Shown here piece after piece: positions 8,845 to 18,745 of a stretch of 64,000 nucleotides of DNA; positions within the stretch are counted from its first letter, which is position 1; each line of letters opens with the position of its first letter. This DNA is from Polyangiaceae bacterium (GTDB lineage: Bacteria > Myxococcota_A > Polyangia > Polyangiales > Polyangiaceae). Position numbers and translations under genes: made by a program. The DNA is taken from assembly GCA_044376115.1 (NCBI GenBank), contig JBILLK010000011.1, positions 283,628 through 347,627 of the forward strand, in the 5' to 3' direction. The notes under the pieces are model-generated. The model worked only from the letters and a program-made list of their open reading frames with translations. It did no database searches and was not told the DNA's origin.

Positions 8845-10245
8845 TTAGGGGGCGTCGGGGTGACAGGTCACCACCTCGTCGGTCGACGAAACGTAGGACC
8901 CAGTGGAGGCCTCGAAGTCGATGCGGACCGCGCGTTGCCCCTTCTCGAAACAGTCGAAGGACGCTTCGAGGAAGCGCCCGCTCGGGTCGGTGCGCAGACG
9001 AACTCGCTCTCCGGTTTGTGGCACGACGGCAGTGCGAGCCAACGGGTGGAGGCTGTCTGCCTCGGCCCGAACGACGCTCACGATCGCCATGGGGCAAACT
9101 CCGCAAAGGCCCGCGCCAAAGGGATTCTGCGTCTCCTCGTACGCGAAGAACAGGTCCACGGCGTCACCGCGCACGAAGGCGGCGTTCACGGCTGGACCAG
9201 GCGGTACTTCCTCAATCGGGAGGAGGTTTAGTTCTCCGCTGGGCAGGCGCCAGGCGAAGCCCAGCGTCGGTCCAACGTTGTCATGGGAGCGTGGAAGCTC
9301 GACGAGCTCCTTCGCTCCCACGGTTGCGAGCGTGCGCGCTGGCCCAAGCTTCAGCTCGCCCACGAACGGGCTGAGCTCAGTGGGCGTGTATTGGTAGCCA
9401 ACCCGTTGATTGAACGCGACCTTGACCGTCACGGCCGAAGTCGAGGGTTGGTAGAAGCGAAGCTGCGGACCTGCTTCGTTGAGCACCGCGTTGAGCCACT
9501 CAGGGTGGGGGCCGAACCCAAGCGGCTCTTCGAGCGGCACTCGGAGTGCGTGCTCCGCGGGCGAGTCCTCGTCTACACGAAGGCTCAGCCGCAGCGCGCG
9601 TAGTGGAGCTTCTGCCGTCATTGGCAGTGCCTGCAAGGGAAGCTCGACCTCGAGGTCGCCGTTGTCTCCGCGTAGGGGGCGGATCGCGACGGCCTCGTCG
9701 TCGATGGTCAGGGTATTTCCTTCGAGTCGTAGCACTCGGCTGAAGCCGCGACGCAGTTCGTCGTGTCGGGCAACCGATTGGTTGAACCAGCGAACGCAGG
9801 CCTCGTCAGGCTCATTGATTGGACATTCATCCGCTGACGCGAGCGTCTCCTCGCCAAATTGGTGAGCAAACCCGATCGGCGGAAACCAAGGTGGATGCGA
9901 CTCGAGTAGCAGCGCGAGCCTCTCAGTACTGCCACGGGCAGCGAGCACCACGCGGTGCGCCTCCACAGCGAGCCAAACGTCGGTCGTTTCACCGTTGCGG
10001 CTGCTAAAGCTGAGCGTTGGGGTGGTGGGCCAGTCCGAGAGCCGGCCATCCACGGACGGCGAGGACTTGGTGATGACCACGCCTGCCTGAAGCGAGGATT
10101 TGTTAGACCTGGGAGCGAGCAGCTCGAACTCAGTCGTCGCGCTCGGCTCTTGCGCAGGTTGGGAGGTGGCTAGGCGGGCTTCGGGCACGCCGCCGCAGGC
10201 GAGCAATAGCAGCAGCGGACTGTAACGAGCACACGCCGTCTTCAT
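8845..10245 (-). CDS. Hypothetical lipoprotein
   Basis: Lipobox LLLLAC-G. A 'VDGRLSDW' motif hints at a DOMON/CBM9-like N-terminal domain. Several Cys pairs. Confidence 0.7.
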   Translation of the reverse strand: MKTACARYSPLLLLLACGGVPEARLATSQPAQEPSATTEFELLAPRSNKSSLQAGVVITKSSPSVDGRLSDWPTTPTLSFSSRNGETTDVWLAVEAHRVVLAARGSTERLALLLESHPPWFPPIGFAHQFGEETLASADECPINEPDEACVRWFNQSVARHDELRRGFSRVLRLEGNTLTIDDEAVAIRPLRGDNGDLEVELPLQALPMTAEAPLRALRLSLRVDEDSPAEHALRVPLEEPLGFGPHPEWLNAVLNEAGPQLRFYQPSTSAVTVKVAFNQRVGYQYTPTELSPFVGELKLGPARTLATVGAKELVELPRSHDNVGPTLGFAWRLPSGELNLLPIEEVPPGPAVNAAFVRGDAVDLFFAYEETQNPFGAGLCGVCPMAIVSVVRAEADSLHPLARTAVVPQTGERVRLRTDPSGRFLEASFDCFEKGQRAVRIDFEASTGSYVSSTDEVVTCHPDAP

Positions 10246-10272
10246 CGTCGCAGGGCAAACGCCTGCGCGCGT

Positions 10273-10944
10273 TCATTGCATTCCCACGGGGCTAGCGGCC
10301 ACCGTGACGCGGGTGGGTGCGAGCTTCTTACAGGCTGGCTCGTGCCCCCCGAGGCAGGCCTTCACGTACAGCTCAATCTCCGCGACCGAGGGAGGAGCGC
10401 CGGTTCGGGTTGCTTCGGCGAGATCGTAGCAGGCGCTGGTTTGGCCGCGGTTGCAGGCCTTCGTGAGCAGCGCAGCCGTGGTCTCCGGATCTCGATCCTG
10501 GGTGCTGGAAGAGAGCGAGCCAGCGAAGGCGCAGGCGCTCGCCTCGCCCTCTTCGCAGGCGATCAGCAGCCGATTCTGTGCTTGCGCAATATCGACGACG
10601 TCGGTCGCCGTCTGCAGCTCCAGGCGGGATAGGTTTGCGCACGCACGCTGATTCTGAGCGCTGCAGGCTTTCGCGTACAAGGCCCGCGCTTGGGGCGCAT
10701 CGCTTGGAACACCCGCCCCAAGCTCGAGCATCAGCCCGTGCACGCTGCATGCTGCGGCATCACCAAGTTTGCAGGCCTCCGCAAAGACGGCCGCGGCTTC
10801 ACGTGCCTCAGGGTTCTTCGGATTGCGGCGGAGGGATTCCTCTACGCACGACTGTGCATCGTAGGGCCCGCGCCCGAACAAGTTCGAGGAACAGCCCGAG
10901 GCGAACAAAGCCACCAGTACGGCGACCTTAACAGGGGAGGACAT
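10273..10944 (-). CDS. Sel1-like repeat (Hcp-type Cys-rich) lipoprotein
   Basis: Lipobox FASGC and repeated (K/E)AC-x-x-G-x-x-x-AC units. ATG at 10944 follows an AAGGAG SD. Confidence 0.85.
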   Translation of the reverse strand: MSSPVKVAVLVALFASGCSSNLFGRGPYDAQSCVEESLRRNPKNPEAREAAAVFAEACKLGDAAACSVHGLMLELGAGVPSDAPQARALYAKACSAQNQRACANLSRLELQTATDVVDIAQAQNRLLIACEEGEASACAFAGSLSSSTQDRDPETTAALLTKACNRGQTSACYDLAEATRTGAPPSVAEIELYVKACLGGHEPACKKLAPTRVTVAASPVGMQ

Positions 10945-10990
10945 ACGCGCTCCTTTCCGGTTGGCTCCGGATGAGGCCTCTCGCGAGGCG

Positions 10991-11094
10991 GTTGTCTTTC
11001 GGCGGCCCTTCAAACCGTGGCGTCCCGAGGGAGCCCGTAGGTCAATGGCTTTGCGCCCGCACCTTTCGTATGCGGTTGCCGTTATCGTGAGAAC
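10991..11094 (-). ncRNA. Cyclic di-GMP-I (GEMM-I) riboswitch
   Basis: Minus strand ...GATAAC-GGCAAC-CGCATAC-GAAA-GGTGCG-GGCGCAAAGCC-ATTGACCTAC...CACGG...GGGCCGCCGAA matches the GEMM-I layout: GGCAA, GNRA-capped P2, GCGCAAAGC junction, CCUA...GG receptor, and GCCG 3' end. It lies in the 5' UTR of the Sel1 lipoprotein. Confidence 0.85.
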
Positions 11095-11260
11095 CCGCGG
11101 ACAGCTAAGGGACGCTGTCAGCCGAGGCCGCTCTGCGATCTGGCCTCGGGTGGAGGCGTTTGCACAGAGCCGCAACATTGAGTACGGCGCATCGTTTCGA
11201 AGCTAAAGGCGCCAGTGCCAATTTTTTTGCGCAGCCTCCTGGGCCGCACCGTGGAGGCCG

Positions 11261-11908
11261 TCAATCGTCTCGGGCGGACCCACCGCTGAACTGGTCCGAC
11301 TTCTCCCCGAACAGAATGTTGAAGGTGGTGAGCGAGCCATAGCAGCCGGTGATGTAGGCCTGCAGCTGCACCTTGTCTTCGTCGGAGAGGCCGGAGTGGG
11401 CGTTGAGCTTTGCCTCGAGCAAACGCAGCTTGTCCCGCACCATCACGATCTTGTGGAAGAAGGTCTCGAGCGGCACGCGCTTGTCTGCGGTGCCCTCTTT
11501 GCCCGGCCTGAGCACGAGCTCACCTCCTTGCCATCGCGCCCCGAGCGGAGGCGAAGTGACTCCCAGTTCATCCGCTAGGACCTCGCGTAGCACCCGTCGA
11601 AACTCGTCAGCGTCCATATCGATGTCGATCTCCTTGGGAAGTTCACGGGAGCGGGGCAGCGGGGCGCTGGGCTCCGTCGGGCGCAAGGAAGCATAGGAAC
11701 TCGAGCGTCCCCGCGGCTCTCCAGCGGCCCGTTTCTTCGGTGGGGCGGCGAGGGCCCCTTTTACGCGGTGCCTTGCGCAGGTCATCCCCGCGCGCACAGG
11801 CCCTCGGAATACCTCGAGAGCACACTCGCCCACCTTTCCGAGCCCCGGGTGTTCACTCACGCGCACGAAGGCTGCACAAGTTTCACACTTCGGCTCGGAG
11901 GTGTTCAC
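11261..11908 (-). CDS. Conserved hypothetical protein (N-terminal Cys cluster; C-terminal FFHKIVMVRDKLRLLE...YITGCYGSLTTFN domain)
   Basis: Coherent ORF whose GTG start overlaps the response regulator stop. Confidence 0.75.
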   Translation of the reverse strand: MNTSEPKCETCAAFVRVSEHPGLGKVGECALEVFRGPVRAGMTCARHRVKGALAAPPKKRAAGEPRGRSSSYASLRPTEPSAPLPRSRELPKEIDIDMDADEFRRVLREVLADELGVTSPPLGARWQGGELVLRPGKEGTADKRVPLETFFHKIVMVRDKLRLLEAKLNAHSGLSDEDKVQLQAYITGCYGSLTTFNILFGEKSDQFSGGSARDD

Positions 11909-12582
11909 TCCACTTGCTCCACCAGGATGTAGCCGCGAAGTCGCACCGACTGCAGCCGCTGGGCCTCGGCGCCCAGCTTCTTCCGCAGCCGCTTGATCAC
12001 GCTCTCCAAGGCGTTGTCCGAAACCGACGCGAGCTCTCCCCAGCAGGCTGCAACAAGCTCGGCGCGGGATACGATCTTGCCCATGCCGGCGCCCAGAATG
12101 GTTAGGACTCGCAGCTCACTCGGGGCAAGATCAATGAGCTGCCCGTTGACGTGAACAGTTTTCGCACCCTCGTCGATCAAAATGCCGCCAGCGTCCACGC
12201 GACGCGGCGCTGCGGGATAACAGGCCCGGCGATGCAGGGCCTCGGCTCGAGCCAGCAGGACATCAACGGGCGCGTCTGACTTTGCAATGAAGTCGTCTGC
12301 GCCAGCATCGAGCGCGCGAACGACGTCCTCCGTTCCAGCCCGACCGGTGAGCATCAGCACCGGGATCGTGCGACCCGCCCGTCGAAGCTGCGTGACCAAC
12401 GCAACGCCATCCATGTCTGGTAAACCCCAATCGAGCACCAGTAGCGAATAGGAGCGACTCTCGAGCGCGCGTACGGTGTCTTGTCCGTTCGCGCAGGTGT
12501 CGACGCGATGCCCGCGCCGCTCAAAGACTCGCTTCACACCAACTGCTAGTTGCTCCTCGTCTTCTGCGATGAGGACGTCCAT
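11905..12582 (-). CDS. OmpR/PhoB-family response regulator
   Basis: REC (IAEDE, LLVLDWGLP, LMLTG) plus winged helix (IKRLRKKL...SVRLRGY). Confidence 0.92.
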   Translation of the reverse strand: MDVLIAEDEEQLAVGVKRVFERRGHRVDTCANGQDTVRALESRSYSLLVLDWGLPDMDGVALVTQLRRAGRTIPVLMLTGRAGTEDVVRALDAGADDFIAKSDAPVDVLLARAEALHRRACYPAAPRRVDAGGILIDEGAKTVHVNGQLIDLAPSELRVLTILGAGMGKIVSRAELVAACWGELASVSDNALESVIKRLRKKLGAEAQRLQSVRLRGYILVEQVE

Positions 12583-12789
12583 GGTTGGAAGAAGTACTAA
12601 AAAAAGTCCAAAGGTGTGAGTGTGTTTCTTAAGAAAGTTCGATAGGCCCGTTTTTAATCGAGGAAGCCCGCCTGAGTGAGCGCTGGCCCACCCTCGAAAG
12701 GGCTACCTCGGTCTCGGTGGATTTCTTTCGCTCGCCCTCCGCTGTGCGTTGACCTCCGGATCGCGCGGGATGACCATTCCTGATCAATC

Positions 12790-14469
12790 ATGGGGCCCTT
12801 TTTACAAAATTCGGTTTTCGTGGGATCCGATGCCGAACGTTTCGCTCTGCTCCAAGCGGCGCTCGCGGCCTCGGTGCCTGAAATGGCGCTTGCATTTGCC
12901 GCTGTTGGCCCGGAGCCAATCGAGGGTGCAGCGGCCGAGTTGGCGCCGGCCGTACGTTTCATCGACGTGCGTGAGCTTCCAGTGCCCGCGAGCCCGCGGA
13001 TGCTTACCATCCTGCTCGCCGACGGGCTGTCGACGGAGCAGCTGCTCAAGCTCGATTTGGCAGACGCGGACGCAATATTGACGTCGCTCGCGCCAACAGC
13101 CGTCGCGGGCGCACTCGTGAGCGCGCAACACAACCAAAGGCAGCGGTTGGCGATGGACGCATTGCGCCACGGGCTCTCGCACGAGGTCCGCGTTCGTGAT
13201 GGCGGAGGCGCTACGCTGTTTAGCACTAGTCCGCGCGCGCATTCGGCCGAGCTGTGGCGCACGGCGGATGCTCTGCGGGACCAAGCGCCGGCGCAGCGTT
13301 TTGACCTCGCAGACGAGCGCGGAAACTCTTGCTGGTACGAGAAGAGCGACGTCAAGGTTGGTGAATGGGAGGTGTCCACGGTCGCCGACGCAAGTCGGCT
13401 GCAGTCGCTTGAGAGCGCGTTGCTCGGAGCTGCCCGCGCAGAGACCGTGGTGGAACTGTCTCGCGGCGTGATTCACGACCTCAACAACGTGTTCTGCGTC
13501 GTTCAGAGCTTCGCCGAGCTGCTAATCGAGGCAACCCCGAAGAGCGATCCGCGCCATGAGGACCTGCAAGAGATCGCTAGGGCCGGGCTCCGCGCCGCTG
13601 TGCTCACTGAGCGGTTGGTCGGCTTCTCGCGCTCTGGGTTGAACCGGCCCGAACCCTTCAACGTTGCTGACCATCAGCGCCGAATCGAGCCGTTGGTTCG
13701 GCGTCTACTCGGCGAGCGGTATGAGCTCGTGAGTGTGGTGGACGCTGATGACTTGACCGCCGTCTTCGACCCGTTCCTGTTCGACCAGTTGATGCTCGAG
13801 CTCGCGAGCAAGCTGAGAGACGCTGCAAACGGCGGCTTGATGACGGTGGAAGCTCGCGCCACCGAGGACCACGTCCTTTTGACGTTCAGTGTGGTCCCCT
13901 CACAGTTTGGGAAGCTGGACACGAGCGCTGAGCGCCTTTCGGTGCTTCCGCGAGGCGCACGCGTAGAGACGCTGCGGGCTCTGCCGGGCTTCGTAGCCGC
14001 AAGGGGAGGCACGTTGCGGCTCTTGGACGAGCACAGCTTCCTATTGGAGCTGCCGCGTGCGTTGGGCAAGCTCTCCGGCGTTTCGCCGCCGCGCGCCCGC
14101 GCTGGCCGCGGGGAAAGCGTGCTCATCGTCGAGGACGAACAGCCTGTAAGGATGGCGATGGCGAGAGCTCTTCGCGCGCTCGGCTACAACGTGATGGAAG
14201 CGCGCTTGGGCGGGGACGCTCGCGATCTCGTTCGCGGCAACAACGTGGACCTGGTGATTACCGACGTAGTGTTGCCGGATGGCGACGGCCTCGAGCTCCT
14301 GTCGGAGCTATGTCGAACGGCAGCTCGCGCTCGCGGTCTCGTCGTGACGGGCTACGCCGATCGTGAACTCGCTCGGCTCAACCCGGAGGTGCCGCTACTG
14401 CGGAAGCCGTTCTCGACCTTGGACCTCGCTCGTAAGGTCCGCGGCGCACTCGACTCGCGCGATTCCTAG
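12790..14469 (+). CDS. Hybrid histidine kinase-like protein with degenerate ATPase domain and C-terminal REC
   Basis: H-box HDLNN present; N-box reads KLRDA; no DxGxG or G2 box; intact REC (IVEDE, DLVITDVVLP, LRKPF). Start codon uncertain. Confidence 0.75.
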   Translation: MGPFLQNSVFVGSDAERFALLQAALAASVPEMALAFAAVGPEPIEGAAAELAPAVRFIDVRELPVPASPRMLTILLADGLSTEQLLKLDLADADAILTSLAPTAVAGALVSAQHNQRQRLAMDALRHGLSHEVRVRDGGGATLFSTSPRAHSAELWRTADALRDQAPAQRFDLADERGNSCWYEKSDVKVGEWEVSTVADASRLQSLESALLGAARAETVVELSRGVIHDLNNVFCVVQSFAELLIEATPKSDPRHEDLQEIARAGLRAAVLTERLVGFSRSGLNRPEPFNVADHQRRIEPLVRRLLGERYELVSVVDADDLTAVFDPFLFDQLMLELASKLRDAANGGLMTVEARATEDHVLLTFSVVPSQFGKLDTSAERLSVLPRGARVETLRALPGFVAARGGTLRLLDEHSFLLELPRALGKLSGVSPPRARAGRGESVLIVEDEQPVRMAMARALRALGYNVMEARLGGDARDLVRGNNVDLVITDVVLPDGDGLELLSELCRTAARARGLVVTGYADRELARLNPEVPLLRKPFSTLDLARKVRGALDSRDS

Positions 14470-14475
14470 AATGAG

Positions 14476-15792
14476 CTAGCTGTTTTCGGTGCCAACGACC
14501 CGCACGTAGGTCGCGATCGATTGGCGTACGGCCGGCACAGGGTCGTTGAAGGCGACGCCGAGCGCAGCGCGGCCCTGGCCGTCTTTGAGCCAGCGGACCG
14601 TGCCCGGAACGGTTGCCACCACGCCGGTGGTAGGCAGCGCAAAGCGCGCTTGGATTTGCTCGACTCCGCTTGAGTTGGCACCAGCCGTGCCACGGTAGTT
14701 GATCGGCAACACAATCAAGATGCCGCCTTCACTGATGTCCTCGCTGCGTCCGTCGATCGTGGTGCCGTCGGCGCGCACGACTCGGCAGGGCGTGATGTAC
14801 GGCGCGCGGGGGTGTTTGCGGCGGGACGCGCCGTTGGGCTCGTCGGCGGCCACCTTGGCCTCCCCTTGCGGAGACCGTTTGAGGAGCATGACGTTGCTAG
14901 GTTCGATCCCAGCGAGCAGCGCTGCGAGAAAGGCCTCCATGCTCTCGAAGCGGTTGGCCGGGAGCGGGGCCATGGCCTTGATCACGGCCTCGCCCGCGGC
15001 TGCGGGAAAGTTGGGGGCGACCTCTTGCAAGCGGGGGAGTCGTGCGGCGCCTGCGAGGCGGTCGGTGAGCGATGGCAGGGTCCCGGAGATGCACTCGAGC
15101 AACGTGGTTGCGAGCGAGTATTGGTCGCTGCGAGGGTTGGCCATCTCAGGCGCAGACAATTGCTCGGGTGCGACGTAGTCCAGCGTTCCAAGCATCTCAC
15201 CGCCGCGGGTGATTCGCCCGGAGGCCGGTGCGACTGCGTCAGGCCGCACACTTCCGGCGATGCCGAAGTCGATCAGCTTGATCGACTCGCTACCGTCGGG
15301 AAGGCGCGCAATAAAGATGTTGCTCGGCTTGACGTCACGGTGAACGACGCCGCGCGCGTGAGCGTGCGCGAGGGCGGCGCCGATCGACGTCGCAACGCGC
15401 AGCACTTCCGCGGCGCTGAGCGACTTGCGAGCCGCGAGAATGCCGTCGAGCGTACGGCCCTCGAGCATCTCCATCGCCAGGTACGAGCCCAGCTCACGCG
15501 CGATGCCTGCGTCTACGATGTCGACCACCGAAGGATGTCTGCAGGCTCCGAGTGCGCGCGCTTCTTGCTCGATACGCTGGTTGGCGATGCGTTGCTCCGA
15601 AGCGTTGTGGGGGACGAATTTGAGAGCGATCGAGCGATCGGTGAACAGGTGCTTGGCCTCAAAGACCACACCCATCCCCCCTCGTGCGATTTCGCGCAGT
15701 AGTCGAAACCGGTCGGCGATCACGTCGCCCGGCTGAGGGTCCATCGGGCGATGGGACGAGAGCAAGGCGGCGATCATGTCCTGGGCAACCAT
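14476..15792 (-). CDS. Ser/Thr protein kinase with C-terminal PilZ domain
   Basis: RGGMGVV, ALK, HRDVKPSN, DFG, GTLDYVAPE; PilZ motifs RKHPR and DISEGG. Start could be 15744, 15777 or 15792. Confidence 0.88.
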   Translation of the reverse strand: MVAQDMIAALLSSHRPMDPQPGDVIADRFRLLREIARGGMGVVFEAKHLFTDRSIALKFVPHNASEQRIANQRIEQEARALGACRHPSVVDIVDAGIARELGSYLAMEMLEGRTLDGILAARKSLSAAEVLRVATSIGAALAHAHARGVVHRDVKPSNIFIARLPDGSESIKLIDFGIAGSVRPDAVAPASGRITRGGEMLGTLDYVAPEQLSAPEMANPRSDQYSLATTLLECISGTLPSLTDRLAGAARLPRLQEVAPNFPAAAGEAVIKAMAPLPANRFESMEAFLAALLAGIEPSNVMLLKRSPQGEAKVAADEPNGASRRKHPRAPYITPCRVVRADGTTIDGRSEDISEGGILIVLPINYRGTAGANSSGVEQIQARFALPTTGVVATVPGTVRWLKDGQGRAALGVAFNDPVPAVRQSIATYVRVVGTENS

Positions 15793-15932
15793 GGGTTCAG
15801 TCGAACATCCGGATCTCCGGCGGGTGAACTTAACCATGGGACCCAACTTCCTTGGCGCAGCTATTCGCCTGGCAATCGGTGGTAACGAGTTCTCGTTCGG
15901 ACGGACGTCAAGGCGGTGGTAGAGTGCGCCCA

Positions 15933-18710
15933 ATGGCTTCCGACCCCCCGCCGCGCCGCGCCGGTAGGACCGGCACATTACGCGGTGTCGGTCTTAGCGG
16001 TGTTAAGTCCACTAGCGCGCTGAAGCCGCCCCCGCAGTCCACCCGACACAAGGAGCCAACTCCAGCCCCTAGCCCGGTTCCGCGTCGTTTGGCGCTGGAA
16101 TCGACGATCGACGAGGCGACCACCACGGTCCAGGCGCGCGCGCTGAACGTGGAGGGAGACCGGACCACCTCGGAGCGAGCGCGTGCCGATGCACGGGCGT
16201 GGTCCGACTCGATCGCGGACGGGGAGGGAGACCGCCCGAGCCTCGAGGGGGGCCGGCACCGCGAGGTGCTGCCGGGCATGATCCTCGCCGGCAAGTTCGC
16301 GCTCGTGCGGATGATCGCCGAAGGCCCAACCACGCAGGTCTTCGAGGCCGAAGATTCGTTGGTTGGGAGGCGGGTCGCGCTCAAGGTGCTCTTGCCAGAG
16401 CCAGCGCAGCACGCCGACATCGTTCGGCGATTCCGCCAAGAGGCCAGCGCAACCGCGATGGTGGCGCACCCTCACGTCGTTACCGTGCATGAGGTGGGGC
16501 GCCGCAGCGACGGCGCCTTGTACATCGTGCAGGAGCTGCTCACCGGGAAGAACCTATTCGAAGTACGTCAGCTGCGCGGTCGCTTGAGCCTGGTGGAGGC
16601 CGTTTCGGTGCTTGCGCCGATCGCAGGGGCGCTCGCCTTCGCTCACTCGCAGGGCGTCGTTCATCGCGACGTCAAGCCGAGCAACATCGTGCTTTCGGCC
16701 ATGGCCTACGGCGCCGTCGTGCCCAAGCTGATCGACTTCGGCGTGGCCCGCGTCGAGACCCCACGAGGGCGCGGACGGACGATGGCGGGAACGCTGCTCG
16801 GTACCGCCCACTACATGTCTCCGGAGCAGGCGATGGCCGCCTCGTTCGTCGATGGGCGCGCCGATGTGTGGGCGCTCTCGGTCGTGCTTTACGAGCTGCT
16901 CTCGGGGGTGCGTCCGTTCGATGGTCCAAACGATCACGCTGTTTTGGCGCGCGTCCTTTCCGATACGCCGGCCCGCATCGAGACGCTGGTTCCGACCGTG
17001 AGTCGCGATCTTGCCGATCTGCTGCACAAGGGGCTCGAACGGGACGTGCGCGAGCGTCCAGGGATCGAGCAGCTGCAAGCGGCCTTGCAACGGCTGGCCA
17101 ACCCCAATTCGCTCGCTGTGTTGCTCACGGACCCAGCAGGGCCGGTTCGAATCGAAGAGATCGCGCAGACTTCGGCGGGGTTGCTTCCAGGAGACGTCGC
17201 TGCGCTCTCTGCGGCGCCGCCCGACGTGGAGGAACTCGCGATCGACGTGCCCATCGTGGTCGAAGCGGACGACGATTCTGAGCCGCTCGACGACGAGGAC
17301 ATCGAGGTCGTCAGCGAGAGCGATGAGCCCGAGCCGGTGGCCTCGGGCGTGGTGGATTGGCCGAGAAGCACCGCTCAGATCCAAATGGATTCGGGCTTTC
17401 TCCCATCGACTGGAGAGAAGCGCGATCGCTTCGCAGAGGCCGCCCAACGCGCGTTGCGCGTAAACGCGCTCGAAGAATCGGTGCTCCACGCCGAAATGAG
17501 CATCTCCGCTGGCCACTCCTCGGGTGAGCCCTTTGGCCAAATGCGTTTGGTGCAAGCGATTGCGCTGTATTGGCTCGGTTCCTACGAAGAATGTCTGGAG
17601 AAGGCGGACAGCTCGATCAGCGCGCTCGACGTGATGAGCACAGCGTGGCTCGGCGCGACTGGCTACAAAGTGATGGCGCTGGGCAAGCTGGGCCTCTCGA
17701 ATGAGCTCGCGGAGCTGAGGCGCTATCTCGGTGAGAATGACGAGCGGTTGGGGGCGGCGCACGTGATCGCGTTGTGTCGCTTGGCCGTGACCATGACCAC
17801 CGCGGGGGACTTGATTGAGGCGCGGCAGCTCGTGCGCAGCCTTCGCGATCGCATGGATCGGCAAGCTGCGTCGGAGTCGGTGGTGTTTGCCTGGTTGGAT
17901 CGGGCTTTCGCCGAACGCGCGGAGTTCGTAGGTGATCCAGCGCGTGAACTGTCGCGCCGCAAGTCCGCGCTCGAGCGCTTTACGTCGGCGGGCGACGTGC
18001 GCAACGCCTGCCAGGAGCGCGCTCAGCTCGGAGGGGTGTACCTGCGCACCGGCGTGTTCGACGAGGCCGAGAAGGCGCTCTCCGAGTCGCTACAAATGGC
18101 TGAGCCGATGCAGTTGCACGTGGTCGGCGTAATCCAGGCGTATCTCGGTTTGCTCGCGCTGCGGCGGCGTGACATCGAGGGGGCGGAGCGGCGCCTGGCC
18201 GAGGCCCTCGCTTGGGGCGTCGAGCGTGGAGATCGTCGCGTCGAGGCCATCGCGAGGACCCACCTGGCGACCGTATTGGAGCAAACGCGAGGTCACGAGC
18301 CAGCACTGGAGCAGATCGCAGCGGCGAAGGAGGCCGCCTTTCGGCTCCCGGCGCACCTCGCCCACGCCTACGGCGCCGAGGCGGCGATTCTGCTGCGGGT
18401 CGGCGAGAAAGACTCCGCCATCGAGTGTGCCACGCTCGCCGCGCGCACGCTCGATGAGCACGGCGGCGCAGGCGATGCCGAATCGCTCATTCGACTCACG
18501 CACGCGCTCGCGCTCTCGGCCACCGGCGATCTCGATGAAGGTCGCCAACGCATTCGCGACGCGCGCAGCCGCATCGTTGGCCTCGCCGACCGCATCCCGG
18601 ATCCTAGGCACAAGCGCTGTTTCCTCGAGCTCCCCGAGAATCGACGCATTCTTCGCTTGGCCCGTGAGTGGGTGGACGGCCAACGAAGCACACACGAGTC
18701 GGTGGGCTAG
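15933..18710 (+). CDS. Ser/Thr protein kinase with acidic linker and C-terminal TPR-like helical domain
   Basis: VALK, HRDVKPSN, DFG, GTAHYMSPE; Ala/Leu-rich helical repeats in the C-terminal half. Confidence 0.88.
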   Translation: MASDPPPRRAGRTGTLRGVGLSGVKSTSALKPPPQSTRHKEPTPAPSPVPRRLALESTIDEATTTVQARALNVEGDRTTSERARADARAWSDSIADGEGDRPSLEGGRHREVLPGMILAGKFALVRMIAEGPTTQVFEAEDSLVGRRVALKVLLPEPAQHADIVRRFRQEASATAMVAHPHVVTVHEVGRRSDGALYIVQELLTGKNLFEVRQLRGRLSLVEAVSVLAPIAGALAFAHSQGVVHRDVKPSNIVLSAMAYGAVVPKLIDFGVARVETPRGRGRTMAGTLLGTAHYMSPEQAMAASFVDGRADVWALSVVLYELLSGVRPFDGPNDHAVLARVLSDTPARIETLVPTVSRDLADLLHKGLERDVRERPGIEQLQAALQRLANPNSLAVLLTDPAGPVRIEEIAQTSAGLLPGDVAALSAAPPDVEELAIDVPIVVEADDDSEPLDDEDIEVVSESDEPEPVASGVVDWPRSTAQIQMDSGFLPSTGEKRDRFAEAAQRALRVNALEESVLHAEMSISAGHSSGEPFGQMRLVQAIALYWLGSYEECLEKADSSISALDVMSTAWLGATGYKVMALGKLGLSNELAELRRYLGENDERLGAAHVIALCRLAVTMTTAGDLIEARQLVRSLRDRMDRQAASESVVFAWLDRAFAERAEFVGDPARELSRRKSALERFTSAGDVRNACQERAQLGGVYLRTGVFDEAEKALSESLQMAEPMQLHVVGVIQAYLGLLALRRRDIEGAERRLAEALAWGVERGDRRVEAIARTHLATVLEQTRGHEPALEQIAAAKEAAFRLPAHLAHAYGAEAAILLRVGEKDSAIECATLAARTLDEHGGAGDAESLIRLTHALALSATGDLDEGRQRIRDARSRIVGLADRIPDPRHKRCFLELPENRRILRLAREWVDGQRSTHESVG

Positions 18711-18745
18711 CCCACGGCGCGCGAGCTGCGCGCCTGCTCGGCTTG

